A stretch of DNA of 64,000 nt, from positions 84,551 through 148,550 of the forward strand of contig CAZKVV010000001.1 of assembly GCA_964556485.1 (NCBI GenBank), in the 5' to 3' direction. The translations under genes were made by a program, and so were the position numbers. Shown piece by piece: positions 9,375-17,559 of this stretch. Each line of letters starts with the position of its first letter. The stretch's first letter is position 1. Under the pieces are notes generated by a model that was given only the letters and a program-made list of their open reading frames with translations, searched no databases and was not told where the DNA came from. The DNA comes from an uncultured Pseudomonadales bacterium (GTDB lineage Bacteria > Patescibacteriota > Microgenomatia > UBA1400 > PJMF01).

Positions 9375-9790
9375 TTACTGCAACTGCACATTTAAACTGG
9401 CTGATCGCAAGAGAGGCCAAGTGTGGAACATCAAAAAAACATCAAATGGTATTTTTCTACCTCGTTGGTGACCATGCTTGGCCCCTCTTAAGTGCGGAGA
9501 GGTGTGTCACTCGCCCCGACATGGGTGAGAAACAATTGCTCAGGTGCCTTGTAAAGTGCAAGGTCGACCGCCACGCACGAATATCGTGAATTGGATTATT
9601 CACATCTGTTTTACAAAATACAGATGCCATTGGGGTGGTATGTAGCACCACTGAATAATTCAAAAGCCAAGTAAGCTACGAAGGAAAGAAGTTACCAAGT
9701 GGGTCTGAATTGGTTTACACTAATACTGCAAACCAATTCGAGAATCCCATACTCATGGTAAAAAAGAACTTTTTAAAGTCCACTTCGTCA
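9375..9790 (+). ncRNA. rnpB: candidate RNase P RNA (bacterial type A-like, divergent)
   Basis: No plausible ORF. A -35/-10 promoter-like TTACAA-16-TATAAT lies at about 9331-9358. Matches to M1 RNA conserved regions, in the correct order: GAGAGGCCAAGUGUGGAAC vs GGGAGGAAAGUCCGGGCUC (CR-I/P4 5'); CAGGUGCC..GUAAAGUGCAAGG..ACCGCC vs AGGGUGCC..GGUAACG..GUGCAAC..ACCGCC; a P12-like hairpin CATCTGT/ACAGATG; GGGGUGGUAUGUAGCACCAC vs GGGUGCGGUAAGAGCGCACC; AAGCCAAGUAAG vs AAGGCCAAAUAGG; GAGAAUCCCAUACUCAUGG vs ACAGAACCCGGCUUAUCGG (P4 3'). The P4 strands covary (GUGUGGAA pairs with UCCCAUAC). Ends are approximate. Confidence 0.45.
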
Positions 9791-9972
9791 TGATTGATCT
9801 CCAAATATTCGGGGAACAGTCAAGAGACGATGAAGGACAAAAAATTGTTTTTCAAATTTCCCTGCCCCAAGTGAGGCGCCCCATGGACTACGAGATTCCT
9901 TTAAAAAAGGAACCGAGTCAAAATAAAAGGTTGGGCAATCACTTCACAAAAAAATAGAATGTGCACATATAA

Positions 9973-9999
9973 GCCCGGGTAAACCCCGGGCTTTTGCTT
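9973..9999. terminator. intrinsic terminator hairpin (GCCCGGG-TAAAC-CCCGGGC) with T-tract on the + strand; potentially bidirectional
   Basis: Perfect 7-bp GC stem followed by TTTTGCTTTG on the + strand. Lies 12 nt beyond the 3' end of the minus-strand photolyase gene. Confidence 0.6.
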
Positions 10000-10010
10000 T
10001 GTCTGAAGTT

Positions 10011-11462
10011 TTAGAGCCATTGCTTGCAATAGGTGGCTACATCAAATTTTCGTTCAGCACCAGAACGATTCATATATCTAACTGTCCCAAAAATGGGACG
10101 TTCAAACCAGGGACGGTCATGCACGCCGCCCATACTCCAAGCAACACCGGTGTAGCCGTTGGGATCGCGGCCGTCGAGTTGATAGGTATCGTTGAGGGTT
10201 AGGGCAGTTGTATGTGCTTGCTCGACAGTGGCACTCCACTCAAAGATTTTCTTAGCCCAGTACATACGCATATATCCGTGCATGTGCCCAGATTTGACCA
10301 TTTGCTTTTGTGCGGCATTCCACAAAGTGTCGTGGGTTTGGGCAGTTTCGAGTTGTTCAAGATTATAACTGTACTCACGGGGGTCTTCGGCATGTTGTGC
10401 TAATGTTTTTTCTGCCCACTGGGGATATCCTTTGGTGTCGGCATAGTTGGGGTTGTAGTAGCAAAAATTTTCAGCTAGTTCGCGACGAATAAGTAGCTCT
10501 TCTAAAAATGCATCCTTGTCTTGTTGAGGGGCCTGGGCGCCTTCGACGGCCTGGTAAATTTCAGCAGCACTCAGCATGCCAAAATGTAGCCAAGGGGAGA
10601 GGGTAGAAGTGTGTTGTTTGGTCGGGTCGTTTCGCAGCCTAGCATAGTCGTGCACGTTTGTTTGCACGAATTTTTTGAGTGCGATTTGGCCCGCTTTTTG
10701 GCCGGGTGTAAACCAGTCTGGCAGCTTGATGGTAGTGTCAACGCGAATCTTTGTATGCAACTGGGCAAGTGTGTGTTTCGTTTCTTCTGAAATAGTTGAA
10801 GGAACTGGATGCACCTTGAGCGGTGGAAAAGCGGTGAGGTAGGCTGGCAGTAGGGATAGCAGTTTTGGTCGCAGAATTCTGGCAGAAAAAGCGGCTTTGG
10901 GATAGGCAATCCAGGGAGGAATAATGTTGTGCGCATCGATAGTGTGGACTTCATAGTCACTTTTTTCACTGAGTTCTTGGCGCCAAGAGACATTCAACTT
11001 CAGCGGTGAAAAGTCGGTGACGATTAAACTTGCTTGCTGTGCTTGCGCAAAATCCGCAACCATTTTTGGAGGGTCCCCAATAAGAATGGCTAGGCCAATG
11101 GCATGATTGGCTAACTCAGCAGAAACGTCGAGTAAACCCTGTTGCAGACTTACGAGTAGTCTAGTAGTGCCATGGTGCTTGATAAGGTCCTGGCGAATAG
11201 CAAACACAACAGTTAGTGCCACCTTACGCGCAAGCGCTTGTTCCTGGGCGTAGAGCAATGCCCAGTTGTTGCGAGTTCGAATATCTCGGGACATCCAGTA
11301 CACCACTGATCCCGATTGACTGACGCCGGGTTGGGTAGCTTTAGTTGATGGTGCAATTCTGTTGGCGAAGTTGGTTGAATAGGTGTAGTAATTGTGCACT
11401 GACTGGTATACTAACACTATGAAAACTTCCACACTATTGTCACAACGTTGGTTGCAGATCAC
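10011..11462 (-). CDS. class II CPD deoxyribodipyrimidine photolyase
   Basis: Strong match along its length to class II photolyases: GSVVYWMSRDIRTRNNWAL; TDFSPL; ...GYMRMYWAKKIFEWS...LNDTYQLDGRDPNGYTGVAWSMGGVHDRPWFERPIFGTVRYMNRSGAERKFDV. The 5' end is uncertain: ATG at 11462 adds about 50 non-conserved residues, and an in-frame GTG at 11399 gives a more typical N-terminus. Confidence 0.85.
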   Translation of the reverse strand: MICNQRCDNSVEVFIVLVYQSVHNYYTYSTNFANRIAPSTKATQPGVSQSGSVVYWMSRDIRTRNNWALLYAQEQALARKVALTVVFAIRQDLIKHHGTTRLLVSLQQGLLDVSAELANHAIGLAILIGDPPKMVADFAQAQQASLIVTDFSPLKLNVSWRQELSEKSDYEVHTIDAHNIIPPWIAYPKAAFSARILRPKLLSLLPAYLTAFPPLKVHPVPSTISEETKHTLAQLHTKIRVDTTIKLPDWFTPGQKAGQIALKKFVQTNVHDYARLRNDPTKQHTSTLSPWLHFGMLSAAEIYQAVEGAQAPQQDKDAFLEELLIRRELAENFCYYNPNYADTKGYPQWAEKTLAQHAEDPREYSYNLEQLETAQTHDTLWNAAQKQMVKSGHMHGYMRMYWAKKIFEWSATVEQAHTTALTLNDTYQLDGRDPNGYTGVAWSMGGVHDRPWFERPIFGTVRYMNRSGAERKFDVATYCKQWL

Positions 11463-12036
11463 TAGAGTGGTTCGTATTGTTGCATACTATGTCTTGCCAA
11501 CTATGTTGTTGGTGGGTTCGTTGCTTTTTGGTAGTGAAGTGCGTTTTATTGCGCAGTTTGGAAACGCAGCATTATTTCTTATTTTGGGTAACTTATTTCT
11601 TAAGCCGGTTGCTTTGATAACAAAGAATGGCATTGTTTCGCTGTTACTTACTTTGCGCAGGGAAATGGGAGTGGCAAGTTTTTGGCTCTATATTTTTCAT
11701 GCGGTGGGAATGGTGAATATTTACAAGTTTCAACCGGCTGATTTTGCAGGAATAGACAACTTTTTATTGTATGGATCTTTAGCAGGGATGGGAATGTGGG
11801 TCTTGGGCTTAACTTCAAACAATGGTGCTCAAAAACTACTAAAGAAAAACTGGAAAAAAGTGCAGATGGTAGCGTATCCCGTACTTTTTTTGGCGCTGCT
11901 TCATGGTGCAAAAGCACAAACAGAAATTGAGAAATTTTATCTTTTTTCGACACTCTATCTTTTCCTGAAAGCACTGCAATTTAAGAAGGTTGATTTATCT
12001 GTACAATTTGGAAAATTGCCCTTGTGGCTACAATAG
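11419..12036 (+). CDS. ferric-reductase-like transmembrane protein (MsrQ/YedZ-like heme-binding membrane subunit)
   Basis: Multi-TM protein with LRREMGVASFWLYIFHAVGMV and KKNWKKVQMVAYPVLFLALLHG, resembling the MsrQ pattern (RR.LG..AF.YA.LH / W+.LHRL.Y....LH). ATG 11419 chosen; the ORF track began at TTG 11392. Confidence 0.5.
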   Translation: MKTSTLLSQRWLQITRVVRIVAYYVLPTMLLVGSLLFGSEVRFIAQFGNAALFLILGNLFLKPVALITKNGIVSLLLTLRREMGVASFWLYIFHAVGMVNIYKFQPADFAGIDNFLLYGSLAGMGMWVLGLTSNNGAQKLLKKNWKKVQMVAYPVLFLALLHGAKAQTEIEKFYLFSTLYLFLKALQFKKVDLSVQFGKLPLWLQ

Positions 12037-12082
12037 GATATGACTTCCGCATGAGTGGTATTTGTTGTATTATCATACCCAT

Positions 12083-13984
12083 ATGATGCAAGAAACTGTT
12101 GGTTCTAATTATTGTAATAAATGTGGCGATCCTATTACTGGAAGCTTCTGTTCTGCATGTGGTTCCAAAGTAGTGAGGCAGAAGATGCGTGAAGGAGTCG
12201 CAACACGTGAAAAACAAGTTGCCCCAATTTTTATTGGCTCCATGGCTGTTAACACGACAGATAATCAAATTATTTTTCATGACGCTGCGGGAGTAGAGTC
12301 TCACAGATGTAGTTTTAATGATTTTGCACAATTAAGTACCAATAAATCGATTGATAGTATATTGGCAAACCCAACGGTGAATGATCGTATTGTAGTAACT
12401 ATTTCTCAACAAATCGATGGAGTACAAATCAAAACAACACTAGATGTGCCTCAAGCACACTATTTGGGAGCAAGAGGAATAGTCGATTATTTTAATCCTA
12501 AGGTTGATACAGCCGAGCTCGCTGCAAACGTTGCAAATTATGAACAATTGCGAAAAAAAAGAGAAAGAGTTGATGGTGGCTTACTTACGTATTCACCAAA
12601 GACGGAAGATGGCACAAAATTTTCGAGAGCAGAAACGAAACTTGCAGATGGCAGTGATTTTCCCGTCTACGTTCCTGCTGAACTATTAAACATATTAGAT
12701 GGCGCATTATGTGTTTTTTTAACTACAGCTTCTAATCTTACCCAGGATTCTGATACCTTTAACCTAGCAGGCCACACTATAAATAAAGCACAACTACTTA
12801 GCACTTTATCTGGCAATGGACAATTCTATCCATTTAGAAGAGAGCTTATTAATCCTAGATTAAGTTTGAATGATGTCAAAACACATCAAGCATATTTGCC
12901 AGTAAATGACATTAATAATAAACCCATTATTATTTCCATCGATCAAACGATTCTAGTTGAGTTATTTGCAAAGTATGAAAAGCAAATAGATCAACCTGCA
13001 GTGAGAATGTCAGTTGAAAATACTCTGAAGAGAGAGAAGCATGTTGTTACAAAATCTGAACATAAAGTTAACGTTGGTATAGCAAAAGGTTTGGTGAGAA
13101 AAGGTAGTTATGTGCGTGAAGGTCAAAGATTTAGCGAATCGATAGATGTCCAAGCTGGGACAACAATAGGTGATAGATTTTTAGATGCAAATCAAGAAAG
13201 AGCAGCAAATCAGGACATGCTCGTTGCTCGAACAGTCGAGATGGCAGATGGTACGATTGTTACTATCCTCAGAGTGTATGACGGGATGGGAGGACATGGA
13301 CACGGTGAGCAAGCATCTAAAACAGCAGCAGCAAACGAAATTAATTTTCTTACCACTCTCACTGAGAAGCAAATTAAGGCTATAAAAGATCGAGCTCAAA
13401 AAAAGAACAGATCGTATGAAGTTGAGTTAGCAGATGTAATGCTCAAATACATTGCAAAGACAACCGTTAGCCAAATTCCTGCTGAGGCAGGCACAACTAT
13501 GTCGGGAAGCTTGATTATCAATGGCAAATGCATTGTAACGAGCAAAGGTGATTCGAAGACATACGTATTTAGGGGTGGAAAACCTGTATTACGGACAATT
13601 GATCATAGTTTGGTTGCGAGGTTAGTAGCTACAAAACAAATTACTCCGGATGAAGCAGTGCATCATCCGCAAAAGAATGTGATTTATAAAACAGCACTAG
13701 ATGAAGGAAGGGATGGAAATGTCGTCGCAACACACCCAATGCAGGAATTTCCTTTTGAAATCGCAGAAATTGTTCTCGAGGAAGGTGATGTGATCATATC
13801 AATGTGTGATGGAGTTGCTGGAGGTATTGAGACTCAGGGAAGAGATATTGAACAAGAGTTGCAAGCAATGATCGCGGCAAAATCTCAAGACGCAGCGCTG
13901 TATGCACTAAATGTCTTAGCCGAAGGTAGTGGTGACAACGATACCTTTTTGATGGCAACATACCACACATCGAATGTGACGTAA
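12083..13984 (+). CDS. zinc-ribbon domain protein with C-terminal PP2C-family Ser/Thr phosphatase domain
   Basis: N-terminal CNKCGDPITGSFCSACG (CxxC-x9-CxxC). The C-terminal ~260 aa carry PP2C motifs: VYDGMGGHGHGEQAS (DGxGG), GDSKTYVFRGGKPVLRTIDHS, ISMCDGV and GDNDTFLMATY (DN.T). The middle ~300 aa are unassigned. Confidence 0.7.
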   Translation: MMQETVGSNYCNKCGDPITGSFCSACGSKVVRQKMREGVATREKQVAPIFIGSMAVNTTDNQIIFHDAAGVESHRCSFNDFAQLSTNKSIDSILANPTVNDRIVVTISQQIDGVQIKTTLDVPQAHYLGARGIVDYFNPKVDTAELAANVANYEQLRKKRERVDGGLLTYSPKTEDGTKFSRAETKLADGSDFPVYVPAELLNILDGALCVFLTTASNLTQDSDTFNLAGHTINKAQLLSTLSGNGQFYPFRRELINPRLSLNDVKTHQAYLPVNDINNKPIIISIDQTILVELFAKYEKQIDQPAVRMSVENTLKREKHVVTKSEHKVNVGIAKGLVRKGSYVREGQRFSESIDVQAGTTIGDRFLDANQERAANQDMLVARTVEMADGTIVTILRVYDGMGGHGHGEQASKTAAANEINFLTTLTEKQIKAIKDRAQKKNRSYEVELADVMLKYIAKTTVSQIPAEAGTTMSGSLIINGKCIVTSKGDSKTYVFRGGKPVLRTIDHSLVARLVATKQITPDEAVHHPQKNVIYKTALDEGRDGNVVATHPMQEFPFEIAEIVLEEGDVIISMCDGVAGGIETQGRDIEQELQAMIAAKSQDAALYALNVLAEGSGDNDTFLMATYHTSNVT

Positions 13985-14004
13985 ATTGTGTATGAAAAGT
14001 AAAT

Positions 14005-15531
14005 ATGTCCACACAAACCACTGAATGGCAACCAATTACTTTTTTTGATACTACAGACTCAGATCAACATCAAGAACCTGCCTCAGAGCAAGAAGAATAT
14101 ATATCTCCTGGATATCCAGAACAAGAAGTACTCATTCTTGAGGGAAGCACAGCTCTTCTGGAAATAACCAATGCTTGTTTGGCAGATTGTCCTTGGTGTT
14201 ACAAAAGTCATAGCAATGATGTGAAAAACAGCGTGACTCGTCACAAAGGTCACGTTGAGCTAAATGACCTAAAACGTAGAATTGAGTGGATAGACTCATT
14301 CTCTTCTGCAACAGAAATTTGTCTTTTGGGTGGAGAACCACTGTTACATCCTCATTTGCAAGAATTGTTTGATTTTTTGTTAGAGCGAGGTATCCAACCA
14401 CAAATTATCACAGCAGCAGTGGTTGGGGATTCCGAGATTGGAAAGAAGAATACCGACATTTTGTTTGATTACTGGTTGCGTGGATTAGTAAATGTAGAGC
14501 TGAGTTATCAGCCACAAAAAAATCAAGCAGAATTTACAGCTCTGTACACCCGAATGAGAGAAGCTTTGCCTGGCAGAAACGATGTAATTCGTGGCGAAAT
14601 AAGGAAAATTGAAGATGTAATTAGATCAGATGATTCCCAGCTTTCAGAAGAAGAAAAGAAGGCACTTACAGCCAAAAATTCAGCGCTCCTTGCTCAACTA
14701 CCTAATGGAGTAGGTAAGTATCAAAAATATTTTTTACAATCGGTTGCCACGTTTCCTCGACATATTATTACTAATCCAGAGCTTTGGGCAAAGGAGTTTA
14801 CCCAGTTGATGCGTGTGGCAGTAAACGTTGATATGACAAGTACAGCTGAAACTATGAGTTATGAGGGAAAAGATTGGATAATGGTTGATTCTATAGAAGA
14901 ATTTCGCCAATTATTTTTGCGGGTAATTAATTCTGAGCCAAATCCTGATGGGTCAGCAATATCCTTTGATGATTATTTCCCAAACGATGGGTCTTTGCCA
15001 AACTCATCACTACGTATCTGGAGTGAGCAGCAAATTTATCCCCGTTTTATCAAGGATGATACTTCCCCAAGTGGTAAACACCATGTGGCAAATATGGTAG
15101 TTCAGAGACCAGGTTCAGCGAAATATGCACAAGTATGTTCGTACATGAAAGTGAAGCCAAAAGGCACAAAGGCGTTGAGTATAACTAGCTTGCTAGTGAG
15201 AACTGACGGTGAGTGTACGTTTACAGAACCAGAGTGTATTGCAGCAAAAGAAGGGTTTACAAATGTTGACTTGCATCAAACACCAGAGGAAATATATGCG
15301 GTTACACTTGAACATGCTCGATTGCTGCGTTTCTTAAACTATGAAATTAAAAGAAAGCGTGCCGAAGCAATTGGTGTAGGAGCTGAGGGATACTGCAAGT
15401 TTGATCCGCTCATAAAAAGTGGCGAAATAAAAGTTGGTAACCTGCCTTGCCACGGCTGCGGTATTGAAGGTTCGGTGGGTAACTTGTGTCAAATGTGCAG
15501 CGCTATACGAAGAGTAATGGTACCTCAGTAA
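14005..15531 (+). CDS. radical SAM domain protein (QueE/NrdG-like single-cluster core) with a Cys-rich C-terminal region, 508 aa
   Basis: CLADCPWCY (Cx3Cx2C) at residues ~58-66 and ICLLGGEPLLHP (the GGEP SAM-binding motif). C-terminal CHGCGIEGSVGNLCQMCS cysteine cluster. 20 nt downstream of the PP2C gene. Confidence 0.65.
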   Translation: MSTQTTEWQPITFFDTTDSDQHQEPASEQEEYISPGYPEQEVLILEGSTALLEITNACLADCPWCYKSHSNDVKNSVTRHKGHVELNDLKRRIEWIDSFSSATEICLLGGEPLLHPHLQELFDFLLERGIQPQIITAAVVGDSEIGKKNTDILFDYWLRGLVNVELSYQPQKNQAEFTALYTRMREALPGRNDVIRGEIRKIEDVIRSDDSQLSEEEKKALTAKNSALLAQLPNGVGKYQKYFLQSVATFPRHIITNPELWAKEFTQLMRVAVNVDMTSTAETMSYEGKDWIMVDSIEEFRQLFLRVINSEPNPDGSAISFDDYFPNDGSLPNSSLRIWSEQQIYPRFIKDDTSPSGKHHVANMVVQRPGSAKYAQVCSYMKVKPKGTKALSITSLLVRTDGECTFTEPECIAAKEGFTNVDLHQTPEEIYAVTLEHARLLRFLNYEIKRKRAEAIGVGAEGYCKFDPLIKSGEIKVGNLPCHGCGIEGSVGNLCQMCSAIRRVMVPQ

Positions 15532-15564
15532 GCTGTTTCTCTCAGAGGTGGTAGAATACACCAT

Positions 15565-16647
15565 ATGTCATTATCCGCTGGAATTGTTGGTCTACCAAAT
15601 GTAGGCAAGTCAACCTTATTTAACGCTTTGCTAAAACGCCAGGTGGCGCTTGCTGCAAATTATCCATTTGCAACCATCGATCCAAACACTGGCGTGGTTC
15701 CTGTGCCTGACGATCGCCTCGAAACATTGGCAAAAGTGGTGGGAACGACCGTTATTAAACCTGCAACTATGTCGTTTGTAGATATTGCTGGTTTGGTTAA
15801 GGGTGCGAGTGAAGGTGAAGGATTGGGAAATCAATTTTTAGCCAATATTCGTGAGACCGACTTAGTCTGTCATGTAGTGCGTGGCTTTACTGATAGTGCC
15901 ATTTTGCGCGAAGGCAGTACCGATCCTGCATCAGATAAAGAAATTATTGAAACTGAACTATTGCTTGCCGACCTAGCAACACTCGAAAAACAAAAACCAC
16001 CAAAAGCTACTAAAGAAAAGGATGCGTTGTTTCGTTGGAGCGTGATCGAGGAAATGCTAGCTGCAGTTCGACACGGTAGTGCAGTTGCAACCGTTTTGGA
16101 TACGCCAGAAAAAAAACAGATTGGCAGAGAACTGGGTCTGATTTCAGCCAAAACGGTGATTTATGTCGTTAATGTTGATGAAGATGTAGTTGGTGACCAA
16201 GATGTGCAAACCGCAAAGTTTGCCCAGCTGCTCGGTGTGCATGCAGAGCAAGTGGTGATTATTTCCGCAAAAATTGAGAGTGAAATAGCAACACTTTCGG
16301 ATGAAGATGCGCGCATATTTTTAGCTGAACTTGGGCTAAGCAAAAGTGGACTGGAGCGGCTTATTCAAAAAGTATTTGATCAACTTGGCTTGCAAACCTA
16401 TCTAACTGCTGGCGAACTTGAAGTCAGAGCATGGACTATTCATAAGGGTGATTTTGCTCCTCAAGCAGCAGGCGTTATCCACACTGATTTTGAAAAAAAG
16501 TTTATCAAAGCTAAAGTTGCCTCATATGCAGATTTCATTTTGCTTGACGGTTGGAAGGGCACTAAAGAAAAAGGCAAGCAACGACTCGAGGGCAAAGACT
16601 ACGAAATGCAACCAGATGATGTGGTTGAGTTTATGATAGGGGCCTAA
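15565..16647 (+). CDS. ychF: ribosome-binding ATPase YchF (Obg-family GTPase)
   Basis: G1 motif GIVGLPNVGKSTLFNAL and conserved YchF coiled-coil and TGS C-terminus (...DFEKKFIKAKVASYADF...). Confidence 0.9.
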   Translation: MSLSAGIVGLPNVGKSTLFNALLKRQVALAANYPFATIDPNTGVVPVPDDRLETLAKVVGTTVIKPATMSFVDIAGLVKGASEGEGLGNQFLANIRETDLVCHVVRGFTDSAILREGSTDPASDKEIIETELLLADLATLEKQKPPKATKEKDALFRWSVIEEMLAAVRHGSAVATVLDTPEKKQIGRELGLISAKTVIYVVNVDEDVVGDQDVQTAKFAQLLGVHAEQVVIISAKIESEIATLSDEDARIFLAELGLSKSGLERLIQKVFDQLGLQTYLTAGELEVRAWTIHKGDFAPQAAGVIHTDFEKKFIKAKVASYADFILLDGWKGTKEKGKQRLEGKDYEMQPDDVVEFMIGA

Positions 16648-16698
16648 TTTTTTTATTTTTTCTAATGGTGTTACAATTGAAAATACTCACAAGTTAAA

Positions 16699-17043
16699 AT
16701 GAGTTTTTCATACTTTGGGAAAAAGAAGGAAAAAATGACTGAACAACCTCCAGTAGACACAACGAATCCCGAACGGCCAGCACCGGGGACACCAGAATAT
16801 GCCTTACTAATGTTCGACGAGGGTGAGGATAGAGATTTTGTTAGAACCTTGTCTACTGAGTTTGAAGAGATTTCTCAGGAAGAAGTGGAACAACGGGTTG
16901 TTGCTTTGCAGCAATTGGCCGAACAACACTTCGAAGCAGTTCGCTCAGAGGCATTAAAAGTTAACGAAGCAGGTAGTAAAATGCTCAGTGGCACCGTGAG
17001 TGTCATTTTGGAGATCCAAAGCATTGGGCAGAGCACAGCGTAG
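16699..17043 (+). CDS. hypothetical acidic protein (114 aa)
   Basis: ORF in the same orientation, 51 nt after ychF. No family recognised. Confidence 0.4.
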   Translation: MSFSYFGKKKEKMTEQPPVDTTNPERPAPGTPEYALLMFDEGEDRDFVRTLSTEFEEISQEEVEQRVVALQQLAEQHFEAVRSEALKVNEAGSKMLSGTVSVILEIQSIGQSTA

Positions 17044-17051
17044 TGCAAGAG

Positions 17052-17534
17052 ATGACGTATGAACAACTGCGTGCATTTGCGACAGAAAATCTGGATACAG
17101 CTTTTTGGACAAGTAGATCTAAAACTTCGCAAAGGCCAAATGAGTGGTCAGATATTCCCGAAGATGAATCCGCAGCCGAGCCGTCTGCCCTTGATAAAGT
17201 TCACTCATTAGCAACTATGGGTGAAATTATTTTTTCACCCTTTACTGGTGAATATGCGGTACTTGTTCCCAGAGTGAATGTAGATGCAGCTAGACTTGAA
17301 CGATTTTCGAAGTTGTTGCAAGCTGTAGCAATTAGCGAGTATGATCGCGGACAAAATGGACATCCAGCTTTTTTTGACAGCTATTTAGAAGAGTTTGTTT
17401 CTTTTGAAGTACGGATTGTTAGAATTAAAACTGAATCCCAGGCGGAAGCTCCTATTTCAGCAGTTGTACATAATACATTACTTGGAAAAGCTAGAGCATG
17501 GGTTGAGAAACAGAGAAATCGATTTAGCAAGTAA
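17052..17534 (+). CDS. hypothetical protein (about 160 aa)
   Basis: ORF abutting the previous one (GTG 17043 overlaps its stop; first ATG at 17052). No family recognised. Confidence 0.45.
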   Translation: MTYEQLRAFATENLDTAFWTSRSKTSQRPNEWSDIPEDESAAEPSALDKVHSLATMGEIIFSPFTGEYAVLVPRVNVDAARLERFSKLLQAVAISEYDRGQNGHPAFFDSYLEEFVSFEVRIVRIKTESQAEAPISAVVHNTLLGKARAWVEKQRNRFSK

Positions 17535-17559
17535 TACGTGTAATTAATAGAAAGTTACT

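Noticed and set aside
9368-9589. 73-aa ORF and other small ORFs in the 9.3-10.0 kb gap
   Set aside because: No RBS and odd composition, and it overlaps the region that matches RNase P RNA conserved blocks. Treated as non-coding.
9274-10010. tmRNA or SRP RNA in the same gap
   Set aside because: I looked for a tRNA-like 3' end (GGTTCGA.TCC...CCACCA), an ANDENYALAA-type tag frame, and the SRP domain IV motif (GGAAGCAGC). None were present on either strand.
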